In this document: piece by piece, positions 8,134-20,000 of the stretch | Numbering within the stretch: the first letter of the stretch is position 1 | How the letters are laid out: every line of letters begins with the position of its first letter | NCBI GenBank assembly: GCA_002245135.1 | Contig: NGBS01001167.1 | Coordinates: forward strand, 244,436-264,435 | Direction of reading: 5' to 3' | DNA length: 20,000 nucleotides | Source: Proteromonas lacertae | Lineage: Eukaryota | Position numbers and translations under genes: made by a program | The notes under the pieces: model-generated | Seen by the model: the letters and a program-made list of their open reading frames with translations, nothing else | What the model was told of the DNA's origin: nothing | Database searches by the model: none

Positions 8134-10347
8134 ATGTATAAGAAGATAAAAGAATTGAAAGATAATACTGATACTGACTTTGTTTTTATGGATCAGAGAA
8201 AATGTCACGAACCTGATTCAGTAGCTACAACAATAGAGGTTTTGTCAAGAGTAAGTAAAGAATTATAATATAATAGAGAGAACAAAAAATGGTTCCATCA
8301 GTATTTCAAAAAAGTGAGTCAAATAACAAAAAGAAGAAAAGAAAAGAAATTACGTATAATATACTAAGTTATAATTAATAATAGAGAAGAAGAAAGAATG
8401 ATACCAGATGATGTTCTAATGGATTGGATTAGACGAATGTTTTATGTTCAAAGAGATGGAACTTTAGAATTACGTCAAATGTATACACCAGAATTAGTCG
8501 ATTACTACAAAATGATGAATGACCAAGAAAGACGAGATCTTAAAAAGGGTATAGAAGAAGAAGCTTTAAGATCCGCTCAATTTATACGAAGTAATGTAGT
8601 CAAAAGATATAATCACTGTGATGGTGAAACAATAATAAAAGCCTCTGACATTGAGCTTCGAGTTAGAGGAATGGTTCATTGTGAAATATCAAAAAGAATT
8701 CAATATCGTGAAATAGAGAAATATATTTTGCAGAAAATGTTTGACACTTATAAAGAACAACATTCTTTAAAACCAAGAGAACAAATATTACTGGAAGTTA
8801 GATTGAATGGAATATTTAGAAATACAGCTTTAAGTGGAGTATATATATATATAATATTATGAATTGAATTTCATTTTCATTTCATTTTTTCTAAAATTTT
8901 TATTTTTATTTTTATTATAATGTTATTCATTGATTTTATATATAATATATAGATAATTGGAAAGAAGACATCTCATGAAGTATCTTTAGGACAGACAGTA
9001 GCACCAGGTTTAGGAAGAAAATGGAGGAAGAAAGCTGATAAAGAAATAGAGAATAGAAATGTTAAACCAGATTTAGATGAACGTATTTATATTTATATTT
9101 ATATTTATATTTATTTATTAGAATTAATGGATTTCTCAAAGAACAATATAACACTACCACAAGATGTAGTTAATGAAGCAAAAAATACAATAGAAGAACT
9201 TGAACCTCCAGAAGAAGATGGTAGAGAAATCATAGCAAAATCATTGATGAAGAAAAACAAACAACAAACAAAATCAGCTCCAATACTAACAAAAACAACA
9301 GCAATGAGAGCTAGAACTGCAGCAGCTACAATTCGTTCATCATCAGGTCAAGTCGATTTTGCAAGTAATAACAATGTGGGTGAAAGAAGATTATCAATGA
9401 CTGGATTAAGAAGAACATCATTAGTAGGAGTAAGGCAAAAAAGAGAGAAATTACCTGAGATTGAAGATGAGCCATTAGAATTCCCAGAATACAAGCCAGT
9501 TTGTGAAAGAAAGACGTTAGAAGAATGGAGAAATAGTACAAGTGATTTATTAAGAGAATATCATGAAATACACAAAGATGAACCAAAGAAAATGAAACCA
9601 ATACGAAAGAAATTATATCAATTAAAATCACAAAGAAGTAGAAGAAGTTTAAGTACTAGAAAATCAGTTTTTAATAAAATACAAAAAGAAGAGGTAGTAA
9701 TAGAGAATGAGCAAGATGAATCAAAGACATTACAAATGATATTAGAAAGTGTTTGGGATATGATGGAAACTCCAAATCAACATAAAATAGATTTTGTATA
9801 TAAATATTCTATCCCAGAAAATGCACTTCATTTTAAAGAAGTTGTATATCAATGGTATAAAGCAGCAAAAGCAATTGTGATGAGAGAAAAATTATTAGAT
9901 ATTAGAAGGAGAATTTCTCAGAATCGTTTATTATTGGATTATCAAATAATTGAAGAATGTGATTGTGATTATTTACAAAGTGTTCATTGTTATGATGATG
10001 GAATAGATGATGATGATACTAGTGTTGTTTTTAAAGCAATTCAAGTATATTATTATAATATATATATTGAATAGAATATTATAACAAAAATAACAAATTA
10101 TTGTATTGCTTGTTTAGATCCTTTAAATGATGATATTACATATCGTGGACATGCTTATAAGAAAATATTATCAGTTGTTTCTACTGTAGATGATGAATTA
10201 CATAGTGAAACTACATATACAAAGAATCCTTTTGTTAAACCAGTTCCAATGAGTCAAATAGATTATTATTCCAAATTAGATAATGAAACAAATAGTAAGT
10301 TAAAAGAATTATGTGATAGAATATTAAATGAGCAAGCCAATTCGTAA
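8134..10347 (+). CDS. Coiled-coil protein with CCDC87-like C-terminal domain
   Basis: Introns 8251-8276, 8354-8384, 8839-8952, 9083-9121 and 10045-10074 join the ORFs in frame to TAA 10347. LQMILESVWDMMETPNQHKIDFVYKYS...WYKAAKAIVMREKLL...ITYRGHAY resembles the CCDC87 C-terminus as I recall it. The start is uncertain. Confidence 0.6.
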
Positions 10348-10452
10348 ATAGTAAGTTAATTTTTATACATAGACTGAATTATTTGTTTTAAGTTATATTA
10401 TCCATCTCACTAACAAAAATAAAAACATTACAAAAAAAAAGATAATATATAT

Positions 10453-11323
10453 CTAACCAATTACATCATATATAAAACTCTTAATATCATCCAATTTATC
10501 TTCATTCACAGAACAACTTACAAAATTATAATCATAAGGACAATCAATATCAAATTTAAAATCCTCACCTGGTGTACCAAGTATAGGTTGATCTTCATTT
10601 TCTTCACCAACTGTTTCTAACGAAGTTCTAGTCTCCTTGATTGCAGATAATTCTTTCTCTATCATTGTTTGAATTTCTTCTTCTGATTTAGAGAGAATAT
10701 TATCACTTTTATTACATGCAAATAGTAATTTAGGTTTATACTTTAATATCAAATCATTTGTTAATATATCATATATGTATTCTCCTGTTGAATGGATATC
10801 AATATTACTAGAGTCAAGTAATATTATAATACCACCTGCTACTTTGCTATAATCGAAGATTAAACTAGATTAATAAAAAATTCAATTTAAATACTGAGTT
10901 AATCTTTTCGAACCAGGTAAACATACTAAATGTAACTTTGGGGCTTGTTCTTTTCCTTCTGGAATGTCATGCAATTGAATTTCTGAATCAATTTGTTCCA
11001 TAGAAGGTAAGGTCTCTGGTATTTTACCATTAACAAGCTAATTTATAAAAATACGAAACTATATACTTTACAATATAAACAAGTTTTTCCTGAACCTGAA
11101 GGTCCACAGATAATAATTGAACGACCAGCTGGATAGTTTTTGTTAGTTAATCCAATTTCTATTATATGTTAGCATTTTTATAAATACTTGATAAAAACTT
11201 CTTCACAGCAATTAAAATCACTATTAAAACAACTACAGCAATAGCGACTGTTATAATCTATTTAACAAATAGAAAAATAGATGTTAGTACTAATGAATAA
11301 TTTTGTGTGATTGGTAAAGACAT
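10453..11323 (-). CDS. SRPRB: Signal recognition particle receptor beta subunit-like small GTPase, paralog 1
   Basis: Spliced through 4 short introns. N-terminal TM (IITVAIAVVVLIVILIAV), P-loop IIICGPSGSGKT, ETLPSME, LVCLPGSKRL, YIYDIL, LLFACNKSD, IEKELSAIKETR and LGTPGEDFKF. Confidence 0.85.
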
Positions 11324-11472
11324 ATTCAATGAGAAAAATGAAGAATAATAATTCCTTGGTGTGTGAAAAATAAATTTTTAATAACCAACAAAATAAAAAA
11401 CTATCATAAAACTGTAATTTAATTGTTTTCATTTCAAACTAATATTTAGAACAATGAGAAAATTGGCACATT

Positions 11473-12449
11473 TTATCGATATCTTATTCCAGTCGTATCA
11501 TGAATCCATTCTTCAAATTCATCCAATGTATCATCCATCACTGAACATTTAATGAAGAGCCACTATTAAAATTGTATCATTAGATATAATATTATACATC
11601 TAATGGACAATCTTCAGCAAATTCAAAAGGTTCTCCTGGTACACCAACAGGAACAAGTACATCTGATGGTATTTGTGACGCTCTATCCTTCAACAAGGTC
11701 ATTTCAATTTCTAACATCTTCTGTATTTCTTCAGGTGATTTAGCTTCAGGCAAATCAGATTTATTGCATGCAAATAACAAACGAGGTCTTCTATACAAAA
11801 ACTGATGTTCTGTTAAAACATCATACAACCATCTAATGAAATAATATATAAATAATGTAAATACTCTGCAGTCTTTGAAATATCTGGTTTGGTGGAGTCT
11901 AATACGAATACAATTCCTCCAAGTACACGTTTGAATTTCTCTACTTGTGGACCAAGACGTTTATTACCAGGAAAAATAACAAATTGAAATCTCTTTGCTG
12001 AATCACTTGTTACTGGGTCATCATCACTACTTTCATCATCATATAGCTCAACTTCATGTTCAATAGGTTCTTGAAATTGCATGACATCTGGAATTTTTCC
12101 ATCCACCAACTATCATTGTAGAATAAAATTTCACTATTATACTTGATAATATAATGACGTTTTACCACAGCCAGAACTACCACACATAATAAGTGTCTTT
12201 TTGCTTTGCCAGTATCTTCCAAAAAAGCCAAGAGCTCCAAGATCTATATATAAGGATAAAAATGACGATTTATATACACATGACACAATCTTCAATCTTC
12301 TTGATCAGTACCAAGACCAGCATTACAAGAGAACTCATAACTAAAGCTTTCAAGTACTAAAGCATTTAATATAATGACAATAATACTTGTGGTGCTTTTT
12401 CATCATAGATGCTATATAAATCCCAGAAGAATTGAGGTATAAATTGCAT
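11473..12449 (-). CDS. SRPRB: Signal recognition particle receptor beta subunit-like small GTPase, paralog 2
   Basis: Spliced through 5 short introns. N-terminal hydrophobic segment, LIMCGSSGCGKT, FVIFPGNKRL, GGIVFVLDS, WLYDVL, LLFACNKSDL and VGVPGEPFEF, with stop at 11473-11475. Confidence 0.8.
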
Positions 12450-12562
12450 TTTAAATTAGAGGGAGAAAATGTGGTGTATCAAAATTTTCGATTAAATATC
12501 AATTTTTAAAATTTCTTATTTTTCATTTAAAATTTCTAAATTAATATATTACTGATAAATTA

Positions 12563-15500
12563 ATGAATAATAGTAATAGTAATGATGAAGACTGCTCTGT
12601 GAAAGTAGCAGTCAGAGGTATAAACATTTAATTTACTCAATTCTAGTAAGGCCAATGATTGGGAGAGAAAAACTAAGCTCATGTTCTGAATGTATCAAAG
12701 CTGATGAAGAAGCAAACGAAGTATCAATAAATAATCCTATTATTTAGATTATTTTTGGTGATAGTAGAAGGTTTACATTTGATTATGCATTTGGACAGAA
12801 TTCTGAACAATCACAAATTTACGAGAAGTGTATTCGTCCATTATTGAATAGTTGTTTTTCTGGTTATAATGCAACAGGTATACTATTATTTATTAATGTT
12901 TAGTATTTGCATATGGTCAAACCGGCTCGGGTAAAACCTATACAATGGGAACAACCTCCACTTCAACATTATCCGATGAAGAATATGGAATATTGCCACG
13001 TTCATTTGATCAAATATTCGAAACAATTACAAACATGAAGAGAGAACAACCTCAAGCCGATTTCATCGTTAAAGCATCCTTCTTAGAGATATATGGTGAA
13101 GAATTACGAGATTTATTAGAACCAAGTGATTCTCGTAATCCAAAAGATATACAAATAAGAGAGGGCGATAATGGTGAAATGTTGATATTAGGATGTAGTG
13201 AATTAGAAACTAACAGTCCAAACGATTTGATGGATTTGTTAACCAGAGTATTTTTGTTGTTATATTAAAATAGGGCTCTTTGTCACGTATAACAGCAAGC
13301 ACTATGATGAATGAAACATCTAGTAGATCACACGCAATATTTACTATTCATATTGAGCAGTATTTACCACGTAGTAATACTTCCAATTCATTTGACAATG
13401 AAGAAGAAGAAGAAGAAGAAGAAGTTGATTTGGGTAGTGAAACTAGAACTGCTAAATTACACTTTGTAGATTTAGCTGGAAGTGAAAGAGCTAGTCGAAC
13501 TCAAGCCACTGGTCAAAGATTGAGAGAAGGAATTAACATTAATAAAGGATTATTAGCGTTAGGTAATGTAATCAGTGTGCTGAGTGATCCATCAAAGAAA
13601 GGAGCTCATGTTCCTTACCGTGATAGTAAATTAACAAGAATCTTGCAAGATTCGTTAGGAGGAAATGCCAAAACACTGATGATCACTTGTGTTAGTCCAG
13701 CAGATAATAGTTTCAATGAATCACTGAATGCGTTGAAATATGCCAACAGAGCAAAAAATATCAAGAATAAACCAGTGGTGAATAGTGATCCAACCTCACA
13801 GACAATACAACAACTGCAAAGAGAAATTGAACGATTAAAATCGCAAATAGGAAATGGTGTAGTAGTAGGCCAAGTATAACAGTACCTTCAGATACAATCA
13901 GAGAGTTGAATGAAAGATGTGAAAATGCTGAAAATGAAGTACAAAGACTAAATGATTTATTAATACAAATGAAGAGAAATAATGAAAGTACAATAGAAGA
14001 GAATATTAATTTAAGAGCTCAATTGGATTATTATAATGAGAAATATCCAAATGATGTAGTAGATTCTGAACAAATTGATATATCTTTTTTTTTATTTTAT
14101 TAACTTTTATATTCTTAATTAATATGTAATTAATAACAAAATATGTAAGAGAAATAGACAATTATAAGAAAATAATTTCCACTAAAGATCATGAAATAGA
14201 AGAGTTAGTAAAAGAAGCCAAATATTCAACAGAAATGTTAGTGAAAGGAAGACTAAGTTTATTAGATGAAAAGACAAAGAACAAATATGAAAGAGAAGCC
14301 GAAGCATTAAAGAAATTGAATGAGAATCTAATGTTACCAGATTCTGCGATAGAAAATCAAATGAATTCAATTATTGTGGCAGATGATCAACCAATTGATT
14401 CAACTGATAATAGTATATATATATTAATTATATTGATTATATTTTATAAATAGATTCAATCAGAGTAGAATCAGAAACAAATGAAGCCTTCAAAAAAACA
14501 GGAAGAAATCCTCAATAAAGAAGCACAATATCTTCAAGGCACAATTAATTTAAAAGAACAAACATTAGCAGATTTTAATACGAAAACAGAAAGAGTTTGA
14601 AGTTATGAAAATATTTTACCTTCAAAAAATAGCAGAAATGGAAGATGAAGTGAAACAATTAGAATCAGAAAGGAATAAACTATTAAATGATTTAGCAGAA
14701 ATGGAGAAAAATAAAAAAGAAGAAAATTCTAAAGTCAAAAATGAAATTTCTGGAAAATTGCGACAAAAAGAAGACCAGTTGAACAAAATCAAGAATAAGC
14801 AATTAGAATATAGACAATATACACAACTTAAAAGTCGACATGAAATGAGAATAAATACATTACAAAATGAAATAGAATCAATGAAAACACAAAAAGTCAA
14901 TTTAATGAAAAGAGTCGATGATATGAGAAAGAAATATAAAGCCGAAATGGATGAAAGAAGAAAAGAAGTCGCACAATTACGTAAACAAAATATGAGTCAA
15001 ACTTTACAATTAAAGAAATTAGAAAGAAGTGATCATCAGAAGGAATTATTATTGAAGAAAAGATTAGATGATATATTCCAAAAAGATAAGAAATTGAAAG
15101 AAGTGGATAAATTGATGAGAAGTCAACAAAGGAAGAAACAGCCATCAGCAGCAGAGAAACAACAGATGGATTTAGTTAAAGCAAAGTATATATTATTATA
15201 ATTACGTCATATTCTACATTTTTCAAAACGAATATATTTTTATTATTATAATTTATTATAGGGTTAAGAGTGGTGTAGAATTACAACGTAAAATTAAATC
15301 ATTAGAAAGAGAATTACAAAAGAAAGATGAAATATTAGAAAGAATGAATCATTTACAAAATCTCAAAATCAGAGTAAGTACTAGTGAAAATCCAAATTCA
15401 ATTGATTTAAAATCAATCATTCAAGGTGATAATGTCTTATCAGAAGAAGATTTGAATAGTTTAGAGGAAATACAGGAAAGAATTGAAGATGCTGAAGTTG

Positions 15501-16681
15501 AGTTGGAATATAATCAAAGAACCATTGAAAATATGAGAAATTGTGTAAGTGAATCAAATGAAGAAGATAATGAAAATATCATTTTTTAAACCATTTTTAT
15601 TATATATATATATATATATAATTATTTCCTTAATTGTTGTAGTCATTCCTAATAATACTCAAGAAGCTCAAACAGTAATCAAAGTATTATACAAATATGC
15701 TATTGATTTGAAAGAAGGTGGTAAAAGATTGAAAGCACTTGTATATAGATTATTATTTTATATTTATTTATCAATTTAGTTGGATCAAAAAGATGAAATC
15801 TATCGAGAAAAATGTCAAGAACTTGAAGAGGCTCAAAATCAAATCCGATTAGTTCGATTAGAATGTGATAGAAGAATTGCAGAATATCAAAAGAACGTTG
15901 AGACTGATTTAATAGATTGGGGACCAATGGCTGGACCAATCATGGATCAGGAGAATAAAAGAATGTCTTTAGATTCTAATAGTAATAACAATAGTTATCA
16001 AGAAAGTCCATTAAAACATACACCTTATAAAATGCAACAGGAAAAGTTGAAATTGTTGGAGAATTGTAATCAGATATTTTTACAAGAGAAAGCTAAATCT
16101 GAAATGGAGAATCAGATATTGAAAGATGAGGTAGAAAAGAAGAATTCAATGATTCATGAACTAATGAACCAATTGAAGAGAGATACAAAGAGATATACTG
16201 AAATGAAGTCTAAAATCAATCCAGATGCATTAGCCGCTTTTGAATACAGCTGGGAATGTGAATGCAGCTACTTCTAGTAGTGAATATACCAAAGAAACCA
16301 GTGTTTGATAGATTAACTAATCCTAATAATTTCACTGGTATTTCTAGATCTACTTATCAAGGTAAAGGTGATAGACAATTATCTCAATTGATTATTTTAA
16401 AGAGCAATTAAGATCAGAACCTTCTCCTCCACCTGCTGCACATGGTATGAAGAAGTCTTCTATTGAAAATGCAAGGCATTCACCAAGTCCACAGAAAGAT
16501 CCTTTAGGTGTTCCACGCTTAATCGATGGAATGAAAGAAAAAAGACCAACCACTGCTCCTGGTCCATCTTCTGTATTTGATCGATTAACAGATTCTAACT
16601 ATTATACAGGTAGTCAGGAAGATAAGAGCCATTGAGATTAAAGAGAAATTGAAGATGATTAAAAAAGGAGCAAAAGAATAA
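12563..16681 (+). CDS. Kinesin-4 family (KIF4/KIF21-like) motor protein with long coiled-coil stalk
   Basis: [100 protein letters not shown] and [12 protein letters not shown]. Stalk [18 protein letters not shown] is typical of kinesin-4. Multiple short introns and several apparent 1-nt frameshifts; the 3' end is 16635 or 16681. Confidence 0.9.
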
Positions 16682-16755
16682 TACATATGTATAATGTTAT
16701 TTATAAAATTCAAAAAATCTTTGTTTATAAAGTAGAAAAAAATAAAACAAAACTT

Positions 16756-18126
16756 TTATATTATAACTTGATTGCAATTCTGACTTACATATTTAATAAC
16801 AATATTCACTATGTAACTCTTCATCAGCAGCAATTCTTTGCCCATCTTCCTTCTCAGCATAAACCATTGATTTTCCTAACTCTGGATTAATCATTAATGC
16901 TAATTTCCTAACAGTAGTTCCCTCTTTTACAAGATAACAAGCTCCAAATACATGTTTTGCACTTTTTGAACTACTGTAAGTGGTAAATGATCTAACTGGA
17001 TAACACTTGATAGGATTTAACATATCAATGGCTGTTTGAATCGCTTTCCATACACCAGTTCCATCAAAACGGTATAATATTTTATCTTTTATTTTATTTA
17101 AAGTTGTTTTGTAACTGAATCTAAACCAACTAATTTCAACTATTTTAAAAATAATATATAAAATTTGATTATATACTGATGGATCATCTTCTAAGGTTAT
17201 AAAAGTAGAATCCCCTGGTAAATATTTTATTTTTTTCTGTTTTCTCACTCTATTTAAATAACATTCAGTTAATGCACTTGCAATAACACATTGATAATAT
17301 GGAAATTTTTCATATATTTTTTCTATGTTCTTTTCTGTATCATCACTCAAATCTGCTTTATTTAACACAAGCACAGTTGGAATCTAATCAATAAGAATGT
17401 ATCTACTATCTTATGTATATGATCTTCAGTCCAATTTTGGATATCAGCTGTATCTTTTATATTCAACTCTTCACATACTTTAACACTCATAGCAGGTGAT
17501 GTTCCATATCCTGAAAATTGAGTCTGTAACATTTCGGCAATAGTTGGTGGATCTTTCGTATGTCGCTGAGCTAGATGGCTTCGTACAATGTTAGGCCATT
17601 TTTTCCATATATTATTGAATACCCACATGTGCAATTCATTCTTTAACCATTCTACATCTCGTGAAGGGTCATATCCTTTAGTTGATTCGCCCTTTTTCAT
17701 TTGTTTCTCCTGATGCATCTATTATGTGTAATAATACATCTGCATGACGTAAATCATCTAAAAACTATTTGAAAATATATATATGAGGTAATTACTTTAT
17801 TTCCCAAACCAGCTCCTTCTGATGCTCCCTGGAATCAATCCAGCAACATCCAATAGTTTGACTGGTATATATCTAATTCCATTAACACACTTACCCACTA
17901 ATGGTTTACATTGATTACTTACACCTCTGCTTTTACAAGGACAATCAGCTCTAAAATACGTAACACCGGTATTAGGATCAATTGTTGTAAATGGATAATT
18001 ACCAACCTATTATTTGAGAATTTTACTAAATACTTTTGGCATTTCCATCTGTGACAGAATTAAAAAATGTTGATTTGCCTGATGATGGTTACCAACACAT
18101 CCTACGGTAATTTCCCAACCAGGCAT
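16756..18126 (-). CDS. YGR210C-like Obg-family (YchF-related) GTP-binding protein, frameshifted in this assembly
   Basis: MPGWEITVGCVG(K)PSSGKSTFFN, VGNYPFTTIDPN, CPC...CKP...C, [49 protein letters not shown], SALTE and TGS-like GTTVRKLA. The model needs introns (e.g. 17765-17795) and at least five 1-nt indel corrections. Confidence 0.85.
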
Positions 18127-18156
18127 TGAGAATAAAGAATTTGAATTATCTGCTGT

Positions 18157-19011
18157 ATGAAATTTCTTTTTCGTAACCCTGATTATTAAAAACTGTTTTT
18201 TGTATATAATTGAATGGCTTTATTCTGTTGGATTTAGATTTTGGAGGTTCACAATTATATCATAAAGTATTTTTAAATTGTAATATGTAGTGTTTTGTTG
18301 ATAATTTTGGTTTGAAATTACTAGAAGGCCAATCAAAATTATACTGTTCAAAATGTCATTTAGAGCATGTGGATGATTATAATTTAAGTTCCTTTTTATA
18401 TGCAATATACTCTATGTCTCAAATCAACGATTTAGGCATATCATCATATGAAAGTGAACTATTTAATATAAAATTTATTAAACAAAATAAAAATAATGTA
18501 AATTTTCTCTCAATTGTATTTTTTAAAACCAAATATATTTTTATCAATTTTCAAACCATTTTTTATCCCTTCATACAACATCAATACTAATTCATATCAA
18601 TAAATCCAAATGTATTTATATAAATGATCTATTAATATTCTATTAGAAACTAAACTATAAACTTTATATAAATGAAATGAAAGAAAAAATGAAAGAGAAT
18701 ATCACATCAATGATTGAATCAATAAATGTATGTTATTTTGTAATTTATTTATATTTAGAAGAATATAATCTGCTTATTTGTTATGAAACAGTCAAACATT
18801 AATGTTCCAAATGAATATTATTGCTATGGAAGTAATCGTATTCAGTCACTAACAAATTATGAGAAAATAACAAAATCATTATTTGAAATGATATATAAAA
18901 CAAATAAGAAAAAACATTATAGAATTATGAATGGAACTGATGATTTAAAAATGTATAATAAATTATGGAGATAACAATCATCTGATTGTTTTATCAACAT
19001 GTGGTTGTTAT
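18157..19011 (+). pseudogene. Fragmented ORFs of an unknown protein (weak glycosyltransferase-like impression)
   Basis: ORF pieces 18312-18590 and 18783-18974 with intron-like gaps, in-frame stops and frameshifts. Reading past TAA 18974 gives QSSDCFINMWLLYQ. No diagnostic motif. Confidence 0.25.
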
Positions 19012-19155
19012 ATCAGTATTTTAGTAAATGATAATAATGAATATTCTATGAATATTGTTAATGTAAATTATAGTCCATTGAATGATCTAATATTCAGTAT
19101 TAATGAATTTTTATTGTGAATATGTTGTTTGAGTTTTTTCATTAATTTATGATAG

Positions 19156-19617
19156 CTGTAAAAAAAAACGAAATGAATGGTTATGAAAATCAATTAAAAA
19201 ATCTCACTATATATCCATACGCATTGGGAAAGGAGAGAAAGACATGATTATATGAAGATTACAAAAGACAATTGGTCATTTTCGTCTGTCTATTACAATC
19301 ACACTGATTTTACTGAAACAATTCACGTAAAGAAGCTTGATGACTTTGATAAGTTGATTCCTACAAGAGTATCCTTGATAAAAATTGATGTAGAAGCTGC
19401 TGAATATGATATGATTGAAGGAGGTAAAGAATTCTTTAACCATCATAAAACTGAATATATCCATATGGAGGCTGATTGTGGGAAGAAAGGAACTGATGGA
19501 AAATATGAAATTGAGAAGCCGTTTAAAATCCTCGATGATATGGGTTATGAGGTTATAAAGAAGTTTGATTGTCTAAGAATCCAAAAATCCAACATTGTTG
19601 CTAAGAGAAAAAACTGA
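19156..19617 (+). CDS. FkbM-family (Methyltransf_21) methyltransferase, C-terminal half only
   Basis: NLTIYPYALG upstream of a frameshift near 19245, then IHVKKLDDF, VSLIKIDVEAAEYDMIEGGKEFF, YIHME and LDDMGYEV. The N-terminal D-x-GAN-x-G SAM-binding motif was not found upstream. Confidence 0.7.
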
Positions 19618-19803
19618 TATGTTGAACAGTTCATCTCTTCTATAGTCAGTGAGTTAAAACTCTTATAAAATTGATTCATCATACTATTGCTTGTTTGTCT
19701 AGGTTATATAATGCCATTGACAAATATACATAATAGAATTACACACTTGGTGAAAATTTTCAAATATTTGAGAAAAAATAATACATTTTTATAACTACAA
19801 GGG

Positions 19804-20000
19804 TTATAATGCTACATTTGGCATATAATGTAAAAGTAAATAACCTGAGAAATAACTAGATTGATGAATGTAATATTTGACTGTTTCAAAATAAATAATC
19901 GTTTCATGATAAAAACGAATCAATTTTTTATAAATAAAGCGTTTTATCTTTTTATAGTGATCCAATAAATGGAAGTTAGTATAAAACGTTTGTCTCAAGG
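19804..20000 (-). CDS. Possible 3' end of an unknown protein entering from the right edge
   Basis: Open frame from the window edge to the stop at 19804; no recognisable motif. Confidence 0.25.
   Translation of the reverse strand, partial: LRQTFYTNFHLLDHYKKIKRFIYKKLIRFYHETIIYFETVKYYIHQSSYFSGYLLLHYMPNVAL

Noticed and set aside
9085..9115. (ATTTAT)n tandem run and other AT microsatellites
   Set aside because: Simple low-complexity expansions inside introns; not CRISPR-like or telomeric.
13401..13423. (GAA)n repeat
   Set aside because: It encodes a poly-Glu stretch in a variable kinesin motor loop; ordinary.
2789..16890. Antisense or alternate-frame ORFs in the track (e.g. 2789-3034, 5464-5646, 5812-6006, 6488-6685, 7216-7584, 9326-9631, 12010-12240, 14622-15145, 16687-16890)
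   Set aside because: They are shadows of real genes or AT-rich non-coding DNA, with no motifs.
8116..18974. Stop-codon reassignment (in-frame TAA at 8116 and 18972)
   Set aside because: Conserved genes contain no internal in-frame stops and terminate normally on TAA or TAG.

Overview
Very AT-rich eukaryotic genomic DNA, densely packed with genes interrupted by very short GT-AG introns (mostly 26-41 nt). TGTTTGTT-like motifs follow several 3' ends. Together these suggest a Blastocystis-like stramenopile (inference). Contents in order: 3' end of a CIPK/SNF1-like kinase; a membrane protein with two Cys-rich modules, flanked by ~174-bp direct repeats; a minus-strand pseudokinase-LRR gene split by an apparently complete ~1.98-kb Tc1/IS630-type DD34E transposon; a CCDC87-like coiled-coil gene; two tandem SRP-receptor-beta paralogs with altered G3 motifs; a kinesin-4 with two partial p25alpha-like tail motifs; a YGR210C-like Obg-family GTPase; and degraded ORFs including an FkbM methyltransferase C-terminal half. 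The transposon has a 21-bp imperfect inverted repeat, TA target duplication and dissimilar subterminal hairpins, and removing it rejoins kinase and LRR in frame. Many single-base homopolymer frameshifts from ~13.8 to 19.3 kb most likely reflect long-read assembly error.
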